A stretch of DNA of 64,000 bases from Eledone cirrhosa (GCA_964016885.1 OZ024740.1:55118001-55182000); one strand, 5' to 3'. Positions 16,399-31,451 are shown, counted from the stretch's first letter. Translations and numbers: made by a program. Notes: a model not told the origin generated them from the sequence alone.

Positions 16399-16590
16399 TG
16401 TTTCCACTTTTGGCACAAGGCCGGCAATTAAATCAGTGCATTACTGGTACTTTATTTTATCGACTCCGTAAGGATGAAAGGCAAAGCTAACCTACGCGGG
16501 ATTTGAACTCAGAATGTAAAGTGTCATAACTCTATGCTGTAATGCATGGTGTCTGACGGTCTACCGATACTGCCAATTCACCGCCCTATG
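16399..16590 (-). mobile_element. tRNA-derived SINE (main family) with flanking direct repeat aaatgttatatataat
   Basis: A-box-like TGGCAGTATCGG, B-box GAGTTCAAATCC, central gcctttcatccttacggagtcgataaaataaagtaccag, and 3' end tgtgccaaaagtggaaacaatt. Confidence 0.88.
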
Positions 16591-18364
16591 TTATATATAA
16601 ATGTTATATATAATGAAACAAAATCGTGTTATGCATTCAACAACCTTAACTATAGAACGAAATCGAAAGACATAATGGAAATATTTTATATGATGAACCA
16701 CCATAATCTTTATTATAGTAGAAATAAGAATATTTATAAAACGTAAAATTTACATGAGTCCAGCAATTATTAATTATTTTATATTTCAAAACTATATACG
16801 AACACGCACAAACGTACACACACAATGATAAACATATACAAACAAATCCTCACACACACACACATTGAAATACACATACGCACGCAGTCATACGTAAATG
16901 TACATGTCAGAAGAATTCACACGTGCGCATGTGTTTACATGTAAGCGGGTATCAATATGCATGTGCACATATAGAGCAGTAATTTACTGCTACTGCTGCT
17001 TCTACTACTACTACTAATACTACTACTACTACTACTGATACAACCAATATTGTTGCTGCTGTTTTTATTGAAATGCAGTATGGTCCTAGTCACGTAAATA
17101 TTTAACAAAGGCGTTCTAGCCATGGCATTCACGTCCTTTATTTTAAACTAATTTATCTAGGACTATAATTTCCAAGATGGTAGAATATGAGGGGAATTTG
17201 ACTGTTATATCTCGCATGTCGGAAAACCCGCATAAGGGTTTTCTTTTAGTGTTGATAATGCAGAATATGATACCGCATCAATCAACCCTGTTATATCTTC
17301 CCTCCACAACGCCGTCATACGAGAAAAAATAGTTTAACAGAAGTTTTTAAACCCCAACCGGAATAACCAGCCTGGTATGCATACATTTCGGTCTACTAAT
17401 GCACTCAAGTAAAAACATCATAGATATGCACATGCAATATTTTAAAATCATATTAAATAATTGTTTCTACTATTGGCACAAATAATGTAGACATAGTTGA
17501 TAGTATGAATTAAAATATTAAACAATATTTCGTACCAGCCATGGGCTGGCTGATTAGACACAGAATATATGATCCGGCAGAACATTCAAAGCTGTACGCA
17601 GCAATTAATCACTTATTTTAATTGAAAATACTTTTACACCTTATCAAACACAACAGAAATAACAGCCAAATTCTCGTTCAAATTATACCTTACCGTTGTA
17701 AAACATCAGAACTCCTCGCTGGTGTATGTGGTCAAGGGTTCCCAAAATGAGTGTAAGGAATGGGATATCTCGGATTGAATTCTCTTGATCACAGGCCAGC
17801 TCGAACTGAGTAGACCTGAGACTAAATGACAACTATTTCATAATAATCAATGGATTCGACAAATAAAACTTCTAAGCAGTCACATGCAAGAAATAGAAAC
17901 CAAATGCACTGAAATTACATCATATTGCAAAGAAAAAAAACAACAAAAAAAACGAAAGAACGCATTAGAAAATAGAGTTTGGATATACAGTGACTAAGGC
18001 TAAGAAAAGGTGAAAAAAGCTTGAAGGATTTGAATATGGGTCTACGCTATCAAGGAAAATATAGGGTTCTAACAACATCTCGTAAGGTGTCGAAAGTTTG
18101 TCATATTTTTTCTGAAAGAGGGAAAAGGAATTCCGTACACTTCAATAATACACATAGACGCCTCACAATCGTGCCTACACTCTCTTTCACACACACACAC
18201 AGACACAGACACACACACAGACACACAGACACACACGCACGCACATATATATTGTGTGTGTGGCTTGTGTGTGTACTTGTGTGTGTGAGTTTATCTTTAT
18301 ATAAAAGTATATAACTTATAAATGTAACACACACACACATTTACACACACACACATACACACAT

Positions 18365-18415
<51 letters not shown>

Positions 18416-18478
18416 GGCACAAACACTCAAATACACACACATAAACACGCGCGCGAACACACACACACACACACACAG

Positions 18479-18574
<96 letters not shown>

Positions 18575-18896
18575 TGTACACACACCCAGCACAATGCCCC
18601 CCTCCTCATATCTACACACAAAAGTGTATATATATATATATATGGGAGGGCGGAACATTTTTTTTGTAGAGTGTACGCTTACATACATAAACAGACATTC
18701 ATCGCACATTCTTTATGCATTTGTTTAAAGTTTAACGTAATAACTGACATGAATATGCCTTAATTTCCTAACACCACCTCTACAATAACGCGTAATTTGA
18801 TAGCATCAGTAATAATTCACGCATATGTAGATACACTTGCACACGGGCACGCACACACACTTACACACACAGACACACACACTTACACACACACTC

Positions 18897-18935
<39 letters not shown>

Positions 18936-18939
<4 letters not shown>

Positions 18940-19371
18940 TAAACGGAATAGAAAATGCTGACAAATTGTTCACAGTTGAAAAATGGTTTAATTAGGAATA
19001 AAAGAGTATTGGTGATTGTATGGGTTAGTATTCAGTTGTGGTTTTAAGTTTTTAAGTTTTTACCGGTTGCGCATTTCTAAATGCTTTTCAAAAATAATTT
19101 TGAGATAGAGTGTCCGTGCTGTTTGCTCTGAGCAAACAGATCAGAGCAAACAGCACGGACACTCTATCTCAAAATTATTTTTGAAAAGCATTTAGAAATG
19201 CGCAACCGGTAAAAACTTAAAAACTTAAAACCACAACTGAATACTAACCCATACAATCACCAATACTCTTTTATTCCTAATTAAACCATTTTTCAACTGT
19301 GAACAATTTGTCAGCATTTTCTATTCCGTTTACCAATATATAATAACTTGTGTGTTACACCTCTATTCTTT

Positions 19372-19375
<4 letters not shown>
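18936..19375 (+). mobile_element. TA-flanked palindromic element with ~195 bp arms and a mutated hammerhead-like motif in each arm
   Basis: Arms 18936-19131 and 19141-19336 are reverse complements. The right arm contains TTT TTGAAAA GCATTT-AG-AAATGC GCAA CCGG TA AAA (19178-19214). Confidence 0.85.
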
Positions 19376-19417
<42 letters not shown>

Positions 19418-19423
<6 letters not shown>

Positions 19424-19756
19424 TGTGAAGTTTTTTTTACAAAATGAAAAATAACCGAGGTGTCCTACACGAGTGGAAGTATAAAGAAAAAGGGATGAAA
19501 TCGAAAATGCAACTGAAGTCTTATTTTTTTTTTTTTTTAAATATATATATTTATTTGGTTCCTTTACCGGTTTCGCAGTTCTTCTGCTTTTCAAAAGGTG
19601 AGTTGAGATGGAGGGTCTGTGGTTTTTCAGACCCTCCATCTCAACTCACCTTTTGAAAAGCAGAAGATCTGCGAAACCGGTAAAGGAACCAAATAAATAT
19701 ATATATTTAAAAAAAAAAATAAGACTTCAGTTGCATTTTCGATTTCATCCCTTTTT

Positions 19757-19762
<6 letters not shown>
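19418..19762 (-). mobile_element. TA-flanked palindromic element with ~135 bp arms, each carrying a minimal type I hammerhead
   Basis: Arms 19481-19619 and 19628-19762. The left copy extends further, to 19418. Confidence 0.85.
19649..19686 (+). ncRNA. Minimal type I hammerhead ribozyme with U3-A8 variant core (mirror copy at 19561-19598, minus strand)
   Basis: Stem I CCTT/AAGG; core TTGAAAA; stem II GCAGA-AGA-TCTGC; GAAA; palindromic CCGG loop; TA cleavage site. Confidence 0.75.
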
Positions 19763-19791
<29 letters not shown>

Positions 19792-20477
19792 TATTTATAC
19801 ATATATATGCGTGTGTGTGTCTGTGTGTGTATCCATGTTACACACACACACATACACACACACGTCTGTATATATGCGCACAAAAAAAAAAAATGTATAT
19901 GTGTGTGTGTATGTGTGTGTCTATATGTATAGAGAGAGAGACACACACATATATATATATATATAGGCGCGAGTTCGATTCCGGCTGAGGATAATCTTTT
20001 TGCCAAATGCTATTAAGTTAGACATGGTGAGGCCGATCTCGACCGAACAATATTTATCAAAGATAAACCCCTAATTCTGAATGTGTGTATGTAAGGGCCA
20101 AAATAACAACAATATCATACACAGCAATGGAAAACAATAATATTAATATTAGTTTTACCCAATTATAGATAGACATAGTTAATATTTTTTTTTTAAATAC
20201 CTACATATTTTTCATTAAAATATATACACATTTTTACATAGTTATATATATTTTACGATATATGTATGTTATACACAGAGACAGACACGCACAGCTATAG
20301 ACTGAAACACACACACACATGTATATATATATATATGCATATACACATATATACATGTATATATATATTTGTTTGTGTGTGTTTGTCTGTGTCTGTTTCC
20401 ATTTTTCTATACGTACACATATATTCGTATATTATATAATATAACACACACACACACATATATATATAAATATATAA

Positions 20478-20530
<53 letters not shown>

Positions 20531-20563
20531 TATATATATATATATAAATAAATATATATATAA

Positions 20564-20604
<41 letters not shown>

Positions 20605-20605
20605 A

Positions 20606-21315
<710 letters not shown>

Positions 21316-21416
21316 TGCTCCAGCATAGCCTCAGCCGGGTGGCTGGAACAGGTAAAAGAGTAAAAGAGTATAAAAGATATATATATATATATATAATATA
21401 TATATTGTATATATAC

Positions 21417-21470
<54 letters not shown>

Positions 21471-21684
21471 ATGTCTGTGTGTGCATGTATGTAAAAGGAA
21501 AACAAATAATAAAAATTATATATATGTAGGGTTTGTAGAAGACATTAAACCTTCAATGAATGAACTACAATTAGGGAGCTATTTTGTTGATATTTCCTTG
21601 ATTTTATTGCTTATATCAGAATTGCTGCTATTTAATAAAAAAAAAAAAAGAAGCATTTTGACTCCTGCTGCGAATATATATATA

Positions 21685-21722
<38 letters not shown>

Positions 21723-21825
21723 TTGTTGAGTCAGACTTAGCCAAGCGTTGATATCATCCACTACTCGGAGTACCCTAACTGGACTACACCTTAATGCACT
21801 ACCTACAATCATAATCTGTTACCCC

Positions 21826-21882
<57 letters not shown>

Positions 21883-21940
21883 GGTTGACCCTAAAATTGT
21901 GTATGTGTATATATTTGGGGGAACAACCTGAATATAAATA

Positions 21941-21989
<49 letters not shown>

Positions 21990-22051
21990 TGTGTTTGTGT
22001 GTGTGTGTGTGTGTTTGTGTGTGTATGCGTGTGTTTGTGTGTGTGTGCGTA

Positions 22052-22089
<38 letters not shown>

Positions 22090-22833
22090 TGTGTGTGTGT
22101 GTGTGTTTGTGTGTGTGTGTATTTATGTGTAATGTGTGTGCATGCGTGTGAGTTTCTGTGTGTATATTTTTTTCGGTGTATAAAATAACATTTATTTCGA
22201 ATTCAGCTATACATACATATATATATATACAGATACACACAGACACCTGGTCTCTATGCTGTTTCTTACCAGTAGAATAATAAATAAGAACCAAACATGA
22301 ATTGAGCTCACAACCTTTCTACAAACTATTAACTTCCCACTAATATCAAATGCATTCTTTCCAACCACACTTGGGTTAAATTTGTTTATCATTTTCCTTC
22401 ATAATATGGTGGATAATAAGCCATATTTTGTAATCAATTTAATCCTTTTGGTGACATGAAGACAGACATATATAGCTAATAGTTATGATACCATATTTTA
22501 TTTGTAATCAATTTAACCCTTTTGATGACATGAAGACAGGAACTGCTCATGGTTGTACGATACAAAATGTTTACGTTGGAGGGTTTGTATTTACCCAAAA
22601 GCAGTTCATTATTAGGAACTTTTTTTAACTTATACTCAAACCATTGTCTTAATAAGAAAAATTTAGTTATATTTAGTTGCAAATTATTTTGAGATTATTT
22701 AAAGATCATAGGCAGGGTCTTAGATTAGAAATATTTCCTGAAATGAGTAATTTATTAACAATGCCACTACTACAAATCCTTAATTAGCGGCTGAAGAGAT
22801 TCCAACGCTCTAACCATTAAATCATGCACCTTC

Positions 22834-22866
<33 letters not shown>

Positions 22867-22901
22867 AGTGTCTGTGTCTGTGTATACACAGACACACAGG
22901 C

Positions 22902-23014
<113 letters not shown>

Positions 23015-23303
23015 GCTAATAGTTATGATACCTTATTTTATTTTTGAGAGTGCCAAACAAGTAATACATACATCTAATGACAATAGTTTATATTTTACAG
23101 ATATTAGATATGTAAATTTATTGAATCTTAATAAAAAATGTCGGATCAACATCATACATAAAACATAACACACATACGCTCGCACACACATATATATATA
23201 TACATACATATATGTTTATATATATATATATAAATACATATATATATATGCGTGCGCGTGTGTGTGTGTATATATATATATATTGTATATATTATATTAT
23301 ATA

Positions 23304-23490
23304 TGGTGGCTTGGCAGTATCGGTAGAGGGTCGGACGCCATGCTTTCCAGCATAGTTACGTCCCTTTGCGGTCTGAGTTCAAATCCCACCGAGGTTAACT
23401 TTGCCTTTCATCCTTACGGGGTCGATAAAATAAAGTACCAGTAATGCACTGGGTAATTGATGGCCTTGTGCCAAAAGTAGAAACAATTAT
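23304..23490 (+). mobile_element. Full-length tRNA-derived SINE (main family, MetaSINE-like central domain)
   Basis: TGGCAGTATCGG, B-box GAGTTCAAATCC, GCCTTTCATCCTTACGGGGTCGATAAAATAAAGTACCAG, and an (ATT)n tail. Confidence 0.9.
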
Positions 23491-26400
23491 ATTATATATA
23501 TATTATATATTTATATATAATATATAATATATACACACACACGCACATATCACAGAAAACATGTTGACAATTGTCGTCTGACCTACGACAGTAACTTCAA
23601 TGTCACTACCAACCGTTGCTTTGAAAAATATAATGTGCATACAATTTAGAATTGAGAGCTGTAACACACTCATGTGAAGCAAACACTTGTTTACCAGAAA
23701 CAGCGCAATGCCTGATAATACTTGACTTAATCTTGTTAAGATACATATATTGTTATTAAAGAACGAATGACAGGAGATTCCATCAGATATGAGATGTATT
23801 GCTCTGGTGCATTTGCATGTCATTTCTTCACTTTTAAATCGTACTAACAAGGAATATATATTTTAAAATATAATTTAAATATTTTGATATCAAGAAATAT
23901 GTGGACATACACAATTCTCTTGATCCAATATTTTCGGTTCTGCTACACATGGTTTTGGTTTTCCAAATATTCGGTATGCTGCTAAATTTTCAAAGCCACT
24001 TTCAGATGTTTGGGACTGTTGGGAAGAAATGAGAAATGTATCTTCAAACCGTAGACCTGTCAAGAAGGCTTACACACCTCTAAAAATTCCAAGAAGCCTG
24101 GTATTTTTAAGCCATGGTGAGATAAAGAAAATCTAAGAGGAACACATATTGCCCGATGCTCTAAAGATTCTACTATTCCGCCATCTAAGATTGCTCCCTT
24201 ATTTACGTATCTCAGAAGGAGGAAAGAAAAAGTTCTCATCGGTGAAATTTGAATCAAACTGCACGTAACCAAAATAAACAAGCAAGACATTTTCTCAATG
24301 CATTAATTTTCCTCCAACGCTTCTGCTATTTCGCTCTTATTGATAATGCAAAATATTCTAATGTATTACCGTTTCTATAAGCTAATTCTATAATCTATTG
24401 GGTTGAATATCCAAACTTCAATGTTTCAAATTCCTATAGTGTATATAGTACAATGACAAACGACGCATGTATACACGTATATGTGGTCACCTCGTTGAAA
24501 CTATTTAATTCCACCACTACAAGACCACAAAATTATATTGTCATTCCAATGCATACAACATGAAATTCTTCCTTCGTATGCAACCTATTTCCAAATAATA
24601 AGTTTTAAATTATAGATACAGCTCACCACAATTACAATCTGAATGACGACACCCAATCTAGACAATTATGTTTTGTTTAGAATGAAACATAAAACTGAAA
24701 TTATATAGTAATATAAATCTTTCATATGGTAGATTTTACATGAATGCTAGAGAGATGAACTAGAATAATTTTACAGCAATTTGTTTCATAAATCATTGTC
24801 GTAAATGATCATTCCGAAGATTAATTATGTGTTGCAGCATTATAAAAAGATGGAATCAACCAGGTTTAATTTTTAGCTTCGATTTCCCTACGTAACCTCT
24901 TCATTTATGTTTTCACGAATATCTCATTAAAGGATGTGTGTGAGATAACTTCCTAATTCCACTTCGCTATTAATCCGAGATTTCAATCGTAAGTAATAAA
25001 TCATTAATTTCTGCGTGTGTGTATGCGTGTGTATATTTATGAGCGCAAAATCGTATGTATCAATGCGTGTACGTGTTATATGATATAAAATCCAAAGTCC
25101 AGTAATGACATCTCTGTGAAGCTTGGTGTCATAGTAATAGCTCAAGCTTATCTCCCCTACTCAACTGAGGATTATTGGGTAAATGCCATTTATTCTATTC
25201 ATTTTTTTAATCACTTTAGTTTCAGAAAAATACTTGAGAGTAAAACTAATAGAACACTATGCTAAATATTTTGTAACATTCACCTACACAACTTTTATGT
25301 TCTAAGTTTAAAATCCTGTCACAGTTTACTTTGCTAATTATCACACCTTGCCAACTGTGATACAATAAGTACCAATCACCTACTGCGTCTTTCTTCCACC
25401 CTTTATACTCCTTCCATACATATTTGTTGCCTTGTAGTTAAGCTAGAAATCAATACTAAACAAGAACTTCAGCCATCATTATATAGTTCAGAGTGGTTGG
25501 TTTATATAGCGATATTTTTAATTTGTGGAACAGTATCCTTTTTGAAACAACCACTACCTCCAATACAGACGCAGCATGGCCGAACAGTTAAGACTTGGTT
25601 CGACGTAACACTTGAAAGTGAAAATAGGTCTCCTGAAACTATATAAAGATCGGTCAGGTGGACATTGGTTGAAATTAAAACGTCCATCTTGTTGCATATT
25701 GTGACACTGATTCGGTTTAGGAATTACGTATAAAAATCACATGTCTGCGAAATACTCAGGTGCTTACAGTTTAATGTAATGACCAAATAGTTCAATTGAT
25801 CGAGCAACCCAATATTCCTAATTGATCTGGCTGAAATAGATATACTTCCAATATTTATGGAGTGATCTCAAGAAATGTTTCAGAATAAGCAAACGAATAT
25901 TAATAGGTTAGTTGTGAATTTTGTCTAACAATTGAAAGCGCATCTACAATAGCATATGCACCCTGAGTCCATAGCATGTTGAATTGAATGCAGTGCATTC
26001 TTATTAATTGACTGTTCAGGAAAGGTTCATGTTTTGTCAATATACCTTAGATTAGACGACTTGATCAGAAGATGATTAGATATGATACATTGATGTATTC
26101 AAGGGTTACTGTCTCAGCACAAACCCATCTCAGGTTTACGCTCTATCCACACGGATCAGGATGTTGTTCAGATTGATTCTATCAACTGGGTTATTTCTAA
26201 TGAATCAGTAGTCATCAATAGTAAAAAAATTGATTAATCTCTTGAACGCACCCCACAATGTTTGTTATATACGGTTTTTTAGAAGTTTGGTCGAGAAGAA
26301 GGGACTTTACGTTTAGCCTTCATTGATAATTACAAAACTCTGTCAGCTGCCTTAAATATAATATTTAAAATAAATGAAACTTCATGATTAATTACTTATT

Positions 26401-27113
26401 TGGTTGATGAATGCAGCAGAAACAAACAAATTATCTCCTTTTCTCGATAATTAATACATTTAAAAGTCACAAAACACCCCAAAATAAATAAATTGCCATT
26501 GGATTAGTATTAACTTTATTACTTTATGTTAACATATTTCATCGTTAATGTCAGCCTAACTAGATTTCTTGGCATCTAACAAGAAATTAAGTTTAAACTT
26601 CGAGGTTTTTAAATTGTAACAAGATGAAATTAGTTTTATGTGCATTCTAATACAAATATTTAATAATCATTAGAAACATTCTAAAAAAAAGTAATTACGG
26701 TTTGCACGATCCTATGTCTTAATTTTGCTAATGTCACAAAATCTTGATTAAAATTAAAATAAATGCAGTGTGTCCCTCTCTCTGAATAGTTTTTCTTGGA
26801 ATAATCTTGACGTGAAAATAAAAACAACAAAACTAACTGTAATATTTCACATTCAAACTGCTGCGCTGTATTAATTAGTTCCAATATATATATACACACA
26901 CACACATGCATACATACATACGTTGTACGTTGACACATACATATAAACATACATATATACATACATACACACACACATGACCACATATATACATGCATGC
27001 ACGCACGCATACATACATACATACATACATACATACATACATACATACATAAATACATACATACATACATACATACATACATACATACATACATACATAC
27101 ATACATACATACA

Positions 27114-27721
27114 TGGTGGCTGCCAACTCGTTTTCGAGTACGGCCACTACTTTATATCCATGTAGGAGAACCCCCTACCGATGCGCTGAACGAGTGTGAC
27201 TTTTTAGTCCAGCCAGCGACTTGAAAACTCTGGTACAAACACTACACTTGTGACAATTATTGACACTTAGTGCTGGGCCCATGGTACCATGTGACGACAA
27301 GTGCAGGGAGATCTCCAGATATAAAGCAATGCCTGTGCCGTGAAGCTTTTATAGTGAGCAAAGGCACTGCACAAAGCCAGTCCCACTCTCTTAACCAAGA
27401 TGATATTTACCAAAAAGAAGAACAAGTCAACATCATTGGATACCATCAGAGTTGCAGGTGTTATATCAGAGTTTTCCTTCTCCTAGAATTCTGACTTGAC
27501 AAAGGCTAAGGGGTCATCTCTCCCGGTGATTTTGGATGGTCATTGACTCTTAAGAGCTCCTTTGCCCTTTGACAGGTTTTGTTTTTAGTCCTGCTGGATG
27601 TCCAAAGTCACCCTCCTCACCAAGAAACCTTGGTGGGGTTGCCAGTTTAGTCACCAACGACCCGACCATGGGACAGATTGTACTGGAATACATGTTACCA
27701 GTAGCACCAACTGGTGACCTG
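27114..27721 (-). mobile_element. ~600 bp non-coding retroposon in a (TACA)n array; second, 5'-truncated copy at 32381-32757
   Basis: Flanked by (TACA)n on both sides. 27120-27500 is near-identical to 32382-32757. The minus strand contains ctaggagaaggaaaactctgat, which resembles RTE-clade 5' UTRs. Confidence 0.7.
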
Positions 27722-28009
27722 ACATACATACATACATACATACATACATACATACATACATACATACATACATACATACATACATACATACATACATACA
27801 TACACAGGCTGTGAAATGCCGATTGCATGTGTATTTTAAAGTTGCTAACTCGCAACCAATACTGAACGCGTATTTTAGTCATCGATCGAGAAAGGATAAA
27901 AGCCAAAGTTGACTTTGGCTGCAGAGAGCTAAAATGAATATATTTGTAAGCGTGTGTGCACTTGTTTTCGTGTTTGAGTATATATATATACTGTACATAT
28001 ACATAAGTT

Positions 28010-28170
28010 AAAACAAAAACAAAACAAAAACAATAACGAAGAGTGCAGTACAGACAGTGTTAGTATTAGGTTCACGCTTGAGAGTGGGTGGTGGTGTACG
28101 ACGTTTCGGGCATAAGCCCTTCATCGGAAGAAAAGTGGGAAGGATATGAGTTCCGAGGGCGTGAAGGGGT
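28010..28170 (-). mobile_element. Penelope-like pseudo-LTR remnant with degenerate hammerhead
   Basis: Minus strand 28127-28099 reads CCGATGA AGGGC-TTAT-GCCC GAAAC GTCG. The core has U4>C, and I found no stem I pairing. Confidence 0.6.
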
Positions 28171-28277
28171 ACATATATATATAAATATACACACACACAC
28201 GTACACACACACACACATATATACTATATATATATGTGTGTGTGAGTGTGTGTGTGTGTATGTGTATGTATACACAT

Positions 28278-28315
<38 letters not shown>

Positions 28316-28481
28316 TTTTGAGAGTGTGTGTGTGTGTATATATATATATGTGTGAATGGCAGGTCGCTCTTGAGTACTACTGGTACCATGTAATCCAGTA
28401 CAACCCGAGCATGAATTACATGGTACCTAATACCTCTGACACCTTTCGTAACTGTACTCCTTGTTGTTGTTGTTTATTTTT

Positions 28482-28529
<48 letters not shown>

Positions 28530-28532
<3 letters not shown>

Positions 28533-28890
28533 AATATATGTTGGTTGTATACCAATACCTAGTATACAGATTGGAGCACTCGACGTAGTGCGCTGGTTGG
28601 TTTGGTTACTCCGGAGTAATGTAAAATAAAATAAAATATATAAGTCAAATGTTTAAAATTTATTACTGCTATATATATTTCGGTGACAGCCATCTTTGGT
28701 GAAACAACAACCCAGCCAGGAACTGGGCATATCAGAGTATTGACAAAGTTAAACAACTCAACAACATGTGTACTCGTCTCTACCACGTTAATTCGAACTG
28801 CCTGAAGAGGTCACAGCCAAAGAGGGCTGTCACTGAAATATATATAGCAGTAATAAACGAAGCCAAATTTTAAACATTTGACTTATTTAT
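28530..28890. mobile_element. TA-flanked element with a partial inverted copy of its hammerhead-bearing end
   Basis: 28640-28699 is the reverse complement of ~28817-28885, with a small indel. Confidence 0.8.
28797..28851 (+). ncRNA. Type I hammerhead ribozyme with intact core
   Basis: Stem I ACTGC/GCAGT; CTGAAGA; stem II GGTCACAGCC-AAAGAG-GGCTGTCACT; GAAA; palindromic TATATA loop; TA cleavage site. Confidence 0.85.
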
Positions 28891-28999
28891 TTTATTTTAT
28901 TTCATATATATATTTATATATATATAATATATATATAATCATCGCATATATGTTATAGAATACTATTAGCTTCTCGCTAAAACAATGTCTATACCTTTC

Positions 29000-29075
<76 letters not shown>

Positions 29076-29641
29076 TTATATATATACTTATATATATAAG
29101 TATGTATACGTACATACATATATGTATACAGACGTACAGTATGTATATATATATACATACATGCACACATATATATATGTACGTATGGATTCACCGAACA
29201 TTTATTATAATGCTCGGTGTGTTTGTAAACAAAGATCCCGAATTAAACCGTACAGTGTCTAGCAACCATGGTTTCTCATTTGTTCAACACTGACAAAGGA
29301 ACGCTGTACTAGTTTCAAGCTTATTAGCCATCGTCAGCAATGTATAACTTCCTGCCAGAAGGTTGAACGTCTGAAAGTATAAACTTTCCTTATGCATATT
29401 AACGGCTGAGCAGCCTAATTTGCATATCGAGTGAGTTAATCGGCCGGGGTACCGAAAACGATAAATGGAAAAAATGAAACGAAATTTCATTTCTCCCTCT
29501 TAGTACGGCTGTTACTTAAATATAAGTATGTATACGTACATACATATATGTATACAGACGTACAGTAGTATATCGTTTATCGTTTTCGGTACCCCGGCCG
29601 ATTAACTAACTCGAGAGAGAGAGAGAGAGAGAGGGAGGGGA

Positions 29642-29758
<117 letters not shown>

Positions 29759-30194
29759 TTAAGATCTTTGTGAGCCAGCATATAATACGGAAATATAATA
29801 CGAGTAGACTTAAATGCAAAGCATATATCATTCGCTCACCTGTACTTGTTAATAACATATTTCAAGGGAAGCAACTAACAAGTAACTTACAGTGACGATC
29901 ATTTGATGTTTTCGATTTATTAGAAAATGTTAAGTTCTTCGAGCCTATTTTACCTGTACATAAATCGACATATATAATTCTATCTCGCTCGACCCTCTCT
30001 CTACCTATGTGTCCCATATCCTCTCAACTACCTCCTCCTACTCTCTCTATCAGCCTCTCCCTTACTCAGTCACACACACGCACACACACACACACTGCAT
30101 GATAATCCCTTACAGATAAGAAAGCACATACATGCGTAAATATATACACCGCTGGCATAAAGAAACATACGCACACACACGCGTCTACCCGCCC

Positions 30195-30262
<68 letters not shown>

Positions 30263-30278
30263 GACAGTTAGATAGATA

Positions 30279-30688
30279 TCTTTCTTTATTTGCCACAGGG
30301 GCGTAAAGAGTGGGACATTACAAGAAGTGGCGGTGGGGGTTTTACATAAAAATAACTTTAAAATTAATAAATAACAATAAACTGTATATAATAAAATAAC
30401 AATTGAAAATCTCCAATAGGGGGGAACGTTATTGCAGGGTTGTTTTACACCCCGTGGATAGAACAGCCCTCAACACCAGGAACACGTTTTGTAGGTGTTC
30501 CTGTCTTCCCTCTGTTTATCTTCCTCAACCTACAGGTTTATATACAGAGAAGGCCCATTCACTCGGGCCATTTTCACCACATTCACCCACCTTTGAGCTA
30601 ATTTACTGGGGTGTAGCACCTCTCTCTCCACTCTCACCTTCCTTCTGAAGTGATACTTAAAGAAGGGGATAAGTTGGTGTCCGGAGAG
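30279..30688 (-). mobile_element. 5'-truncated Tx1-clade LINE (ORF2 C-terminus plus 3' UTR) with a 19 bp TSD
   Basis: Translates LSGHQLIPFFKYHFRRKVRVEREVLHPSKLAQRWVNVVKMARVNGPSLYINL*, homologous to the end of the 54451 ORF2. AATAAA lies near the end. Direct repeats are atagacagttagatagata (30260-30278) and atagaaagttagatagata (30689-30707). Confidence 0.88.
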
Positions 30689-30847
30689 ATAGAAAGTTAG
30701 ATAGATAGATAGATATGTTCATTTTAATATTATTTTTTCGATTACTAGGTGGTATACACCAGATGCAACCATTATTCATGTTAGGTAGTACCTAAAATGA
30801 TTTGTAGTACAATTGAAACGTTGATGATTAGTTTATATATATATATA

Positions 30848-30965
<118 letters not shown>

Positions 30966-31001
30966 TTCTATGTACATATGCAAATGTATATATAAATATG
31001 C

Positions 31002-31051
<50 letters not shown>

Positions 31052-31451
31052 TATATATACATACATATATATATTTATATATATACATATATATATATAT
31101 ATGCAGAGAAGGAGACAGGGGGGAAGGGGGAAGAAGAAGAGATAGATATTGATATAGATAGATATGTGCACGTGGGGATGGGGAGCGTGCACGTCTGCGT
31201 GTGCATTAGAGGAAGTCACTTCATAAATCATTTTTGGAGTAATATATATAGTTGTTTTATATATGGAGTAATATATATAGTTGTTTTATATATGGAGTAA
31301 TATATATAGTTGTTTTAGTGAAGGCATTATATATGTACACACACATGCATGTATATATATGTATATATATAAATATGCATATATATATACATATATATGT
31401 GATATATACCTATATACATACAAACACACACATATATATGTCCATATATAT

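Noticed and set aside
19966-20050. tRNA gene (gagttcgattcc B-box); similar fragment near 25570
   Set aside because: No cloverleaf can be formed. More likely SINE head remnants.
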